Shown one piece after another: positions 52,476 to 64,000 of a DNA stretch of 64,000 bases (within the stretch, counting starts at the first letter, position 1; every line of letters begins with the position of its first letter). The stretch is from Octopus bimaculoides (lineage: Eukaryota): assembly GCF_001194135.2 (NCBI RefSeq), contig NC_068985.1, positions 121,755,096 to 121,819,095 on the forward strand, given 5' to 3'. The notes beneath the pieces are model-generated. The model searched no databases. It was given only the letters and a program-made list of their open reading frames with translations, and was not told where the DNA came from. The translations under genes were made by a program, and so were the position numbers.

Positions 52476-55400
52476 GTGAGGTTTCTTTACAAGTAAATTG
52501 AAATGAAAATTGAAAGAAAAAAAAAATACCGCTGATGATTAATTGCATTCGATACGCACGTGCGTTTCACATACTTGTCTGCATTGTGTTATAAACGATT
52601 ATTTCTGTTTTTATAATGTTTTGATTTTGCTTCATCTCCTGATCGATGTCGAAAAATAAATCGTTGATACCTTTTGGTTGCACATGAGGCCGCTTATTTG
52701 TCTTATTGTAGAGAAAGCTGTAGAATCGTTTCAACCAATTACTGTATATTACAGATATTAGTTTTATCGACCTTGCAAAAATGAAAAGCGAAGTCGGACC
52801 TGGTGGTTTTCGAAGTCATAGTGATCTACCAAGATAAATACAGTGAAGCTACCCACTGTCTAGATCACCTTCTCCACCACCAATTAAACAATGTTATTAA
52901 TTAATAATTGTCTATTAGTTTCGCCAGAAGGAAGCTGTTGTACTCATAGCGTTTGCTGGACCTCCAAGATAAGTGAGATCCGTACTTTTAATAGACCGTA
53001 TAAAATGTTACAAACCGACAATAGTAGGAAAGGCATTCAGTGAAAGAATCTACGAGTTCCGGGCAAAAGGGCCTGGTGCAGGGCCTGGAGGAGTTGGATG
53101 CAATATATGTAATGAGAAGAGAGACAAATGAGTTGCGAGTACCTGAATGGAAGTTGCACAAAACCTGTTAGTAGTAAGGAACAGAGGCTATTGTAGTAGT
53201 GGTATAAAAGGCACGGAACGATTGCAATACGCCTGTAGGCCAGAAGTTATAGTACGTTTGTGAGTATATGCCTGACTAGTTACAGATGTAGGAACAATAT
53301 TCTTTTATGGGTTTCACCAAATTCATTGCTTTTGTCCTACCTATGATACAAACAACTTTATTTTTCTATTATTACTGAGGAAGCAGATATAAAAGAAATG
53401 TGTTACAAAAATTATCAAAATGCTAAGAGAACAGTTGTAATTAAGTATATAGGGTCAATGTTATTAAATATCACAAGATAACTTATGATTTAATTTGATA
53501 ATTTATTTAACAATCAACTCATTGGAGAGTAAAATTTAAAAAAAAAACTTTTGAAGGGTGCAAAAATTGATTATGATGCAATTTGTAGTTACTTGTAATT
53601 CTTTACCTCATTAATCATACACAAAGTCACCATTCTTTGGTATATGCTGAACTCTGAACCAGCAAAAGGCTCTGCATGGTTGCTCAACCTGATTAACAGT
53701 AAAACGTGATTTGAGAGCAGTCTTACTGCCTTAAAGAAAAAAGACACATTGGATAATATATTGCTATATACAATAACTCATTCATTAGTGAGTATGACTC
53801 AGTAGCATGTATCCTGTTTCTGCTAATTGGATGTAAACATAGATACTTTTTCAGTTCTTTCATCCTTGACATTGAAGAACATTGAATATGTGAAAGCTTG
53901 AGAAAGAGGACTGCACTAGTTCTAGTTTGGTATCAGAGCAATGTGAAATATAGTGCTTTGACAACAATCTGCCTGATCCAGCAATGAGATCCATAACCTT
54001 ATTGTCGTAAGTCCAACACTAATCACTTGGCTACACACCTTCAACAATACTATGCACACCACGAATAAAAGATACAGTGGTCACAGCTATAACACTTTTG
54101 ATCATAGGCTTTCTCGATCAAGGCTGATCTAAACAATAACAGCATGCTGAACTATAATACTTTTTTTGTTATTCCTTCTCTGTCTTTAATTTTAATTCAT
54201 TCATGACATTAGACTACAAGGATTAGAATGCAGTGTCTCTTAACCTTGTAACTAAAGTAATGTCGAATTTATTGTGTTTAATATATCAAGAGAAATACTT
54301 CAGTGAAACTGTACTGTATTTAGCTCTTTGTTTTGAACACTATATTCAATAGGTTATTGGTAATCGTGCATAAATTCCAAATTTAATTTTAAAAAAACGA
54401 AGGTATACTTCTTATTTTCTTAATGTATAAAAGTGAATGTGTCTGTTACAAGTTGTACGACACAGTTTTGCATGTAGGTATCCAAAATTTTGAATGGTGA
54501 TACATCTTTTCAAGGAGAATGTTATGGGCTATATAACTTTTTCTGTGATACTTTATATAAACTCAGGTTAGGGTTTCTAAAAAGCATAGTGCTGCATACT
54601 AGTTCAGATACTTCTGTTTATGTTATGATGTAACAGAAATGAAAGCTGACAGCCAAGCTCATGCAGAATGGGTTTCAGGTGGGCTAGTTGGTGTGGGTCT
54701 GATTTTGAGTGAACAATTTCTCACCAGTTAGAAGCAAAACGAGGACACTTTATTTTATGTCTTTCTAGTTATTTTAGTCTGTTCTGTTACATGTAAGTAT
54801 GACTTGTACACTTCATGTGTATGTATGCGTGCACATATACACACACACAACCTATAAATATGTTTAGCATAGGTTGATAAAATATTTGATGATCAGTTTG
54901 AAATGGGACCTACATTTCACATCTAGCTTGGGCATATCGCTAGCTATGCACTGGCATGCCTTCTGCCAGTATCGTGTTGGTGATGATGAAAATGATTTCA
55001 TTCATTAGTATGAAGCCACAATATTCCAGAGTAGGGATATTTTATTAACACTAGAGGGAAGAAATGCCGAGTTGAGTCTGTAGAAATATAAATTTCTTGC
55101 ATCAACACAATGCTTCAAATAGTAGAGATGGATATAGTTGATTATTTTATGCTAAATTTTTCATTATTTTCGAAATTAATTGAGATAAGCAAGTGTATAT
55201 CAGCTGAGATATGGTAACAAAAATGTTAAAAATATTTTAAGCAATTTGTTTCATCAGATTGAAGAAAAATACATATATTTTGAGTCAATGACTGCTGCTC
55301 TAACATGTAATGATTACACTCTGTTTATCAGAAAAGGATGTAATTGTTATAGTCATCAGAATTTCTTCTAAGCCAAAGAAATTCTTATTTTGGGAATGTC

Positions 55401-56160
55401 AATCATATGACTTAACCCAAATTTTGAGGAAATACCTCTATTTTTATCTTCTTTTAGTTTCAAAATAAAACAAAAAGAAAATGTCAAAAATATTATTCAA
55501 GGAGTCAAACTTGTTTAGCAACAAGTTGATATAGTTTGGAAACAGATGTATACAACTTCTGATAACAGTAATGACACTGTTTGCAAGTGCTTAACCTATT
55601 AGAAATGGCAGCCAAACCTTCAAATCACACCTTACTACATTGAGTTACTATAATTTCTTAGGTTCAGAACAGGGCAACCTTCAAATTCTAGATATCATAG
55701 GTATAGGTACTTGGATAGTGAACTTTCATGACCTAATTTTCCTTATGTGCAATGCACATCCTTTTGTGTCCGAAAGATTCTAAACTTCAAACAGGGAATT
55801 AGGTCGTATTTAGGTACTTATCCATTATTTATAAGAAATAAAGCAGGAAAATAACAAACCTTTATTAATTATAAAACATATTCTGAATCCTGGAATAAGT
55901 TACTTTTAATCCCAGAATCGAAGGATCAGTAAAGAAATTTTTTTTTAATTAAAGTGCCTACTTTGTTGTGACTTCAGAGTATGCAGTGGGTGCACACCAT
56001 ACACCTAGACCTCTAGTAAAGACTGAGGTATCACATGAGTTTGTAGCTAATTGTGCATGGAACCTTGGCCAATTTCAGAATTTAAGTCTTTGATCAATAA
56101 CCAGGATGTTCTGAGATATTTCACTATGTCAAATGGCACGAATTTGCTAACCCGACAAGG

Positions 56161-56280
56161 CATGGAGACAAACACTTCAAACCACAATGTTCCATAAATC
56201 TACAACAATATAGCTTTATACATGGTGACAAACGCTTCAAACCACAATGTGCAGTAAGTCTACTACAATATAGCTTTATA
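56161..56280. repeat. 60-bp tandem duplication
   Basis: catgg(a/t)gacaaac(a/g)cttcaaaccacaatgt...caatatagctttata occurs twice. Confidence 0.9.
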
Positions 56281-57404
56281 CACAATGGTAACATACTTTT
56301 TAAAAATGAAATTTTTTTGTGATGCATTAAATTTTGTTAGTAGTAAAATATATCTCACCAACTGTATATAGGAGATTAAATCAGATTAATTCAACCTAGA
56401 GTTTTGCTCTAATATAGTTAAAAGTTTCCTGATGCTAATTAAAAATCATTCCCAAGAATCCTTAGATATTATAATCTTTTTAATCCTCATAATATCAAGC
56501 TCACAACCTACTCATGTTTAGATGATATCACTTCAGACATCACATCCTGTGATGGGAGGATCCTGCCTCTCAAAGGCCATAGTCCATAGAGCCACTCTCA
56601 TACCATTTAATGACATCACAAAGGACTATATGGGCATGATGACTAATGACTTTAAGAGAAGATATACAAGGCGTGTATTCTTCCATATGTAGGGATAGGA
56701 AAAATGCCATCATTTAGTCTTGCTTTATCTGGAGGCTCCTGGGCCATGGAAATGACTTCCCTCACATCAAATGAAGTATTCTCCTTATCTGGTGAGCTGA
56801 GAAACTAGACGTACTTCACCAACTTGCAGTATCCATCAATAGGAAGAATAAACTATTTTATTGTTGCCACCAGAGCTCTACTCTGTTAATGAATTTCAAA
56901 ACTCTGGCTTCTGAAAACCCAGATATACAACCCTAAGCCAAACTGAACCATATATGAGGGGAAGGGTATATGAACCCTCCTGCATATTTAAACTACAACC
57001 TATTCATGTTGGTCACATAACTTTACTTGTAACCTAATGCCTTCAAAACTATTACCATCGCATAATGAATGCTGTTGCTAATGTATTCAAGCTCCACAGA
57101 ATGATGACTGATCAACTGACTGGTGCCAACATCTTGCCTTCCCCATTAAATGCAGTATAAGGAACTAGTATCGTTGAACATACAAACTGCAGACCGCCAT
57201 CAAAGTGGCACCAACATCCTGCCCCAAAACAAGAACCTAATAATGACTGATGTCACTTTGGTATCGTCACAACCACAGAAGCTGAGCTGACACCTAGACG
57301 TCATTTTGAATTTCTTTTAAACTCTGTAGTCTGTCTTTGAATATCTGACAAGGTGGATGTGTTCTACACCCACAAAACTTCTAATGTGGAGTTGAGAGAA
57401 AATG

Positions 57405-57454
<50 letters not shown>

Positions 57455-57717
57455 ATACATGCTTATGTATATGTATTCGTTTTGCAACATTCTTGATGTG
57501 AACGTGTGTGTTGAAACAGATATTGATGTATTTGAGGATGGTCACGTTGCCAATTTAGCAATAGAAACACATGCACTATTCATTCGGTGTTTGCTTGCTT
57601 CAGCTTTATTTCATATTGATAATATTTCGGCCAGAGTTCTTTCGTTACACTTCTGTGACCTCATCAGTGGTCCTTTGCTTTCCTTTTTTTTTTTTTTTGT
57701 GTCGCTCCTTCCTAGCG

Positions 57718-58740
57718 ATCTGTAATTATTCGTATCTTATGCATCATTTTTACCTGTGTAGCAGTTGACTATGGTGCTGCTATACCAGTCATTGGGTATG
57801 ACTCCACGAATCACCTGATTGACTATACATGTGACTAGACTATAGCCGACTCCACTAGACATTTTAAGCATCTCTGCAGTGATTTCTGATGGGCCGGGGG
57901 CTTTCCCTGTCTTCATACCTTTAATTGTTTTATCTATCAAGGTACTGTCAATTTGGATATCTGGTCCCTCTGTTGGGTCGAAATTCGGCAGACTCTCTTT
58001 CTCCCATTAATTCTCTTCATTTAGCAACCTTTCATAGTGGCCTCTCCAATCTCTCTTTCTGCAGCCTCATTAAATGCAAGTGAGCCATCATCCATGCAGA
58101 CACATTTCTCTCCTATGATACCATGATTCTCTCTCACACACTGTCTTGCAACACAAAACACTTCAAGTTTTTGGTCCTCACAACGCAGAACATTGGCAAA
58201 GTTTTTCTCATCTGCTTCCCCTCTGGCTAAGTAAACCTGTCTCCTAGCTTCCCTTCTAGCAATCTGATACAATTCTCTGCTACCACCATTCTTCCAGTCC
58301 TTCCATGCCTGTTTCTTTTCCCTAATGATCCTGTCAACTGCACTGTTCCACCACCTTGAGTCGAGAAAGGACTTTGCACCATCCACAGATCCGGTCAGTA
58401 GCTCTCAACAGGTTGTCCTGTAGGAACTTCCAGTTGTCTTCTACATCATGTGTTGCTATATCCCCCTCTATTTCATCAAAATCTTTGAGTAATACATCTC
58501 TAAATCTTTGTCCATTTGCAGGATGCTTAAGCTCCATGCCAGTCGTCTTCTGGGCATCCATTTAGCCCTGATCCTGAAGTCGCTAACTACTAACCTATGT
58601 TGCAGGGTGCATTCTTCACCCGGGAAGGTTTTGGCATTTATAAGTAGCCATTTTTCCTGGTCTTGGCGAGGATGTAATCAATTTGACTAGTGTGTTTACC
58701 AGATCGGTAGTTGAGTAGGTAACTGGCAGGTTTCCTGATA
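57718..58740 (-). mobile_element. RTE-like LINE fragment (endonuclease C-terminus to pre-RT linker)
   Basis: Minus-strand ORF pieces (WWNSAVDRIIREKKQAWKDWK, KTGKAPGPSEITAEMLK) homologous to 60917-61250, with frameshifts. Confidence 0.88.
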
Positions 58741-58745
58741 TACTT

Positions 58746-58810
58746 ATATGTATGTATGTATGTATGTATGTACGTACGTATGTATGTACATACGTACGTA
58801 TGTATGTATG
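58746..58810. repeat. (ATGT)n/(ACGT)n microsatellite
   Basis: Read directly; lies between the RTE fragment and the mariner element. Confidence 0.9.
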
Positions 58811-59937
58811 TGAGGGGAAATCAAAAAAATTTTGCCATACCATATCTTTATTATTGTCACACAGCCTTCTGCACATACAAGCTTATAGTTGGTACTATTG
58901 TGGTCATGTGGTCAAAGTTTGAGCCTGATTGTGCCAGTTTTCTTTCTGGCTTTACAGTGTAAGCATGACCACTCCACTAGCAATGTGCACCAGAGAAGAA
59001 CAAAGAGCAGTGATCCAATTTTTCTGGTTGGAAGGTGTGTCAGGTGCTGAAATTCATCAGAGGCTTTTAGCACAATACAAGGACAGTGCACTACTGCGTA
59101 GAAGTGCATAAAAGTGGCCAGACAAGTGTGATGCATGACAAATGAGCAGGATGCTTGTCAACTGCCACCGCTGGCAACAAGATTCAGCAAGCTTGAGAGA
59201 CGGTAATGGTGGACCGGTGGATTATCGATGAGGCAGCTTGTTCTCTGCAGATTAGTCCTGGTTCTGTTGATCAAATCATTGATGAGCTCGACTTCCATAA
59301 AGTCTGTGCAAGATGGATGCCAAGAGAGCTTATTGCAGAGCACAAGCGCAAACATCTTGAGGTCTGCCAGCATTTACTCAATCACTACAACAATGAGGGC
59401 AAGGAATTTTTGAGCAGAATAGTCACAGAAGATGAAATGTGGGTCCGTCATTATGAGGCAGAATCCAAAAGACAGAGTATGGAGTGGAAACATCCTAGCT
59501 TGCTGGCAACAAAGAAATTCAAGACTCAGTGTTCCATGAGAAAGGTGATGCTAACCCTCTTTAGGGACTCAAAAGGACCTATACTGGAAGACTACCTGGA
59601 AAGGTAGTGTACGATCAACAGTGCAAGATTCAGTGCTTTGCTGGCCAACAAACTGAAGCCAGCAATTCACTAAAAGCCTCCAGTAAGTTTCAGCATTCAA
59701 CACATCTTCCAACCAGAGAAATCTGATGCCTGCTCTTTGTTCTTCTCTGGTGCACATTGCTAGTAGAGCAGCCATGCTTACACTGTAAAGCCAGAAAGAA
59801 AACTGGCACAATTAGGCTCAAACTTCGATCATGTGACCACAATATTACCAACTATAAACATGCATCTACAGAAGGCAGTATGACAATAATGAAGATATGT
59901 TATGGCAAAAGTGCAGATAATTTTTGACTTCCCCTCA
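58811..59937 (+). mobile_element. Mariner (DD34D-type) derivative with ~260-bp inverted ends
   Basis: TGAGGGGAA(A/G)TCAAAAA termini; transposase relic with CARWMPREL, IVTEDEMWV and ESKRQSMEW; the 3' half is replaced by an inverted copy of the 5' end. Confidence 0.9.
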
Positions 59938-61266
59938 TATGTGTGTGTGTGTGTATATATTTTATATACATATATACACATACATTCTTATGTATGGTGT
60001 TATGAGGTGAGATAGTGGATGAGTCTGGGAATAGAAGTAACATCGTCAATGTAATAAGGCCATTTAGTGGTGTGAGAGATGTGGTTGTATTGATGAAGGT
60101 GGCTAGGTTGACTATTAAACTGCAAGGAATTAGCATTTTGGCAAGTTTCAAGCTGCTATATTTAAGAGGGACCAAATTTGTCTCTAGAAATTAACAAAGA
60201 TACCCAGTTAGATGTAGAGGGAAAATAGAAGCCAGGTTAAAAGAAGACTTTATAAAAGGAGCATTTGTGGTATATGCTTGGCTAGGAAGTGCAAGATAGA
60301 TTGGGGAACAGGTGGACATGTTCACCAATGAGATCAGAAGGTTGATAGGTCTGACTGGATATACTGGAGAGGACAGTCAAGCTGAATTTTGTAATTTTTT
60401 TTCTCTGATCACATTTTGATAGAGCTACTGCAGTTGCCAGATATCATGACCATGACTTTGGGGATTTTATGACCAAAACCAGACTCCTAACAACAAACGG
60501 CATAAAGCTTTGCAGTAATAGCTACAGTGGAGTAGGAGGCAGTGTGGCTGTGAACTGAGAGCCTTGTCAGCTATGGAAGCCACATCTGTCATTCCCCACC
60601 TGATAAAAATGAAAATACAAAACATTTGCTGATGTGTGTAAAGCTTGATCATGCTAGAATTAAATAAATAATGTCATATGAAGCAGTGTTGAATAAAATA
60701 TATTTAAGTATGGTCATATTTAACATGCTTGAGTGTTTTCAGGTGTGAGAAAACCTTCTGCAGAAATGTATGCATCCTACAATCCAATGACATCCTTCAC
60801 AGCCCAAGATGTGTTTTCACACATGTCTAAGTGGAGAATTTTCTCCTGGAACTAGTTCTGAAATGGAATATCTTCTCATGTCTGAATACACTAAAATGTA
60901 TTAAATCTGATTTCATGCAAGAGAGGTTTGGAGACACCACTATGAAAGGTTGCTTAATAAAGAGAATGAATGGGAGGAAGAGAGTCTGCCACATGTCGAC
61001 CCAACAGAGGGACCAGCTATCCTAATTGACAGTACCTTGGTAGATAAAGCGATCAAGAGTATGAAGACAGGGAAAGCCCCCGGCCCATCAGGGATGCTCA
61101 AAATATCTGGCAGTGTTGGCTATAGCCTAGTCACCCGTATAGTTAACCAGGTGATACATGAAGGAGTCATACTCAATGACTGGTGTAGCAGCACCATAGT
61201 CAACTACTACAAAGGTAAAGGAGACACTTTAGACACAAACAATTACAGAGGTATCAAGTTGTTGGA

Positions 61267-61440
61267 NNNNNNNNNNNNNNNNNNNNNNNNNNNNNNNNNN
61301 NNNNNNNNNNNNNNNNNNNNNNNNNNNNNNNNNNNNNNNNNNNNNNNNNNNNNNNNNNNNNNNNNNNNNNNNNNNNNNNNNNNNNNNNNNNNNNNNNNNN
61401 NNNNNNNNNNNNNNNNNNNNNNNNNNNNNNNNNNNNNNNN
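61267..61440. other. Assembly gap (N run)
   Basis: Run of N inside the RTE reverse-transcriptase region. Confidence 1.
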
Positions 61441-62171
61441 AAAGCACCACTGATGCTATATTTCTGGTAAGACAACTGCAGGAGAAATACCTAGCCAAAG
61501 ATAAACCTCTGTACCTGGCTTTTGTTGACATGGAGAAAGCCTTTGACAGGATCCTCCACTCCCTTATCTGGTGGTCAATGAGGAAACTAGGGATAGATGA
61601 GTGGTTAGTGAGAGCTGTGCAAGCCATGTACAGGGACGCTGTCAGTAAGGTGAGGTTTGGCAACGAGTATAGTGAAGAATTCTGGGTAGAGGTAGGGGTT
61701 CTCAGTCCCCTTCTCTTTATCATAGTCCTTCAGGCAATAACACAGGAATTCAAGACGGGATGCCCCTGGAAGCTCCTCTATGCTGATGACCTTGCCCTAA
61801 TTGCTGAGTCACTATCTGAACTAGAGGAGGAGTTTCAGGTGTGGAAGCAAGGACTGAAATCGAAGGGCCTTAGAGTCAACCTAGCTAAAACCAAAGTCCT
61901 AATAAGTAGGAAGGTAGACAAAACACAAACCCCTACAGGTAGATGGCCCTGCTTGATCTGTAGAAAAGGCGTAGGTAGAAACTCCATAAGATGTACCTGG
62001 TGTAAGCTATGGACACATAAGAGGTGCAGCAATATTAAACGAAGGCTAACTAGCAAGATAGTTTTTGTATGTGGTAGATGCTCAGGAGCAATAAACACTG
62101 AAAATGTGCAGAAAACAACCTTTGCTACACTCCAGGGAGAAAAACTAGAAGTAGTTGATAGCTTCCACTAC

Positions 62172-62397
62172 ATTTGACGGATATTTGTCCTCATCTTGTT
62201 TGTTGTTAACACAACGTTTCGGCTGATGTACCCTCCAGCCTCAGGTTCAAAATTTCCGCAAGACACCTGACGAAGGCTGGAGGGTACATCAGCTGAAACG
62301 TTGTGTTAACAACTAACAAGATGAGGACAAATATCCGTCAAATGTAAATAATGTAAATAATGAAAAAAATTCCTCATCTCTTAAATATAGAACTGTA
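62172..62397 (+). mobile_element. Penelope/retrozyme-like hammerhead repeat with inverted terminus, inserted into an RTE LINE
   Basis: Inverted arms 62169-62245 and 62266-62346; the insertion splits the RTE frame between SFHY and LGDQ with no clear TSD. Confidence 0.7.
62262..62307 (+). ncRNA. Minimal type I hammerhead ribozyme motif
   Basis: gacac-CTGACGA-a-GGCTG(gagggtacat)CAGCT-GAAAC-GTT-gtgtt: intact core, 5-bp stem II, palindromic ACGT stem III, stem I gacac/gtgtt. Predicted cleavage after GUU at 62302. Confidence 0.7.
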
Positions 62398-64000
62398 CTA
62401 GGTGACCAAGTTTGTAGCGGGGGAGGGTGCGCTGAAAGTGTAGCTGCTAGAATAAGAATAGCCTGGGCAAAGTTTAGAGAGCTCTTACCTCTGCTGGTGA
62501 CAAAGGGCCTCTCACTCAGAGTAAAAGGCAGACTGTATGACGCATGTGTACAAACTTCCATACTACATGGCAGTGGAACATGGGCCTTGACTGCTGAGGA
62601 CATGTGTAAGCTTGCAAGAAACAAAGTCAGTATGCTCCGATGGATATGTAATGTCAGTGTGCATACTCGATAGAGTGTAAGTACCTTGAGAGACAAGTTA
62701 GACCTAAGAAGCATCAGTTGTGGTGTGCAAGAGAGAAGATTGCGCTGGTATGGTCATGTGGCAAGAATGGATGAGGATAGTTGTGTGAAAAAGAGCCACA
62801 CCCTAGCAGTTGAGGGAACCGTTGGAAGAGGAAGACCTGGGATGAGGTGGTGAAGCACGACTTTCGAACTTTAGGCCTCACTGAGGCAATGACTAGTGAC
62901 CGGGACTTTTGGAAATCTGCAGTACATGAGAAGACCTGGCAAGCCACGTGAGAGCATAATCTGTGGCCTCTGCCAGAAGTGTAGTCAGCTCACTTATTCG
63001 TATCTTTACTTCATTGGACACTAAACTCTGCTTGCGAAGACCTGTTGAGGCAAGTGAATTTGAAATCGAAATCAAACCAAATTTGACAACTGGCGCGAAG
63101 ACCTGTTGGGGGCAAGTGAAATCAAAATCGTAATTGAACCATATTTGATGACTGACACCTGTGCCAGTGGAGCACTAACAGCACTATCCGAGCATGATCA
63201 TTGCCAGAGCAGCTGTCTGGCTTCCGTGCTAGTGACCCGTAAATAGCACCATTTGAGCATGATCGTTACCAGCATTGCCTTACTGGCACTTGTGCCGGTG
63301 GCATGTAAAAGCACCCACTACACTCTCGGAGTGGTTGGTGTTAGGAAGGGCATCCAGCTGTAGAAACTCTGCCAGATCAGATTGGAGCCTAGTGCAGCCA
63401 TCCGGTTCACCCGTCTTCAGTCAAATCGTCCAATCCATGCTAGCATGGAAAGCAGATGTTAAACGATGATGATGATGATATTTTATTCAACTCTGCTTTA
63501 TGCAATGTTATTTCATTCTGGCTTGATCAAGCTTTATGTAGATCAGCATACATACTGTATGCTGTTTTAATAAGATAAATTTTGTTCTTATCATGCTGTG
63601 AATGACAGATTTGGTTGTTGTAGCTGATAAAGTGAAAAGAAGCAGAAATGCCTGCATCCTAAGATTCAAAGATGTCACTCACAGCCCAGGATGTGTTTTC
63701 ACATGTCTAGGAGATGAATTTTGTCCCAGGACTAGTTCCACAACAAAGGTTCTTATGCAAATTCATTTGAATATGTCAAATATGACTTTACACGTGCGCG
63801 CGTGTGTGCATGCCCATGCATGCGTGTGCAAATGTGTGTTGATGTACGTATATTCTTTTATTTGTTTCAGTCATTTGACTGTGGCCATGCTGGAGCACCG
63901 TTTTTAGTTGAGCAAATTGACCCCAGGACTTATTCTTTGTAAGCCTAATACTTATTCTATCACTCTCTTGCTGAACCGCTAAGTGACAGGGACATAAGCA

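Larger units (their letters stand above)
60917..63479 (+). mobile_element. RTE-like LINE, 5'-truncated and degenerate, with (GAT)n tail
   Basis: KAPGP, NYRGIKLL, DMEKAFDR, LSPLLF and YADD reverse-transcriptase motifs, a Cys/His module, and a 3' UTR ending gttaaacgatgatgatgat. Interrupted by a gap and the 62172 insertion. Confidence 0.92.

Noticed and set aside
56161-56290. Repeat-variable-repeat pattern resembling CRISPR
   Set aside because: Only two contiguous 60-bp units, no unique spacers, no cas genes, eukaryotic context.
56400-57300. Coding-like composition suggesting an old retroelement
   Set aside because: No RT, GIY-YIG or integrase motif could be read confidently in any frame.
60000-60370. 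Possible Penelope RT remnant on the minus strand
   Set aside because: Only vague similarity; diagnostic motifs were not recoverable.

Overview
AT-rich, repeat-dense animal genomic DNA with three assembly gaps. The SINE/LINE/microsatellite landscape suggests an octopus-type cephalopod (inference). The one firmly supported gene is a complete Rho GDP-dissociation inhibitor (RhoGDI) on the minus strand: 4 coding exons (32025-31827, 22447-22364, 20680-20540, 17924-17728), 621 nt, 206 aa, all GT-AG introns with consistent phase 1. A promoter-like zone near 50.3-52.5 kb may serve RhoGDI and a divergent plus-strand gene. The rest is mostly transposon debris: tRNA-headed SINEs, RTE-like and CR1/L2-like LINE fragments, mariner elements and MITEs, a piggyBac relic, TTAA MITEs and a Kolobok-like foldback. 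The most notable signals are minimal hammerhead-ribozyme motifs from two unrelated Penelope/retrozyme-like repeat families, each with back-to-back inverted termini at one locus, and many long inverted repeats, two of them inside RhoGDI introns. No prokaryotic features, CRISPR arrays, rRNA or true tRNA genes were found. Repeat boundaries are approximate and no database searches were run.
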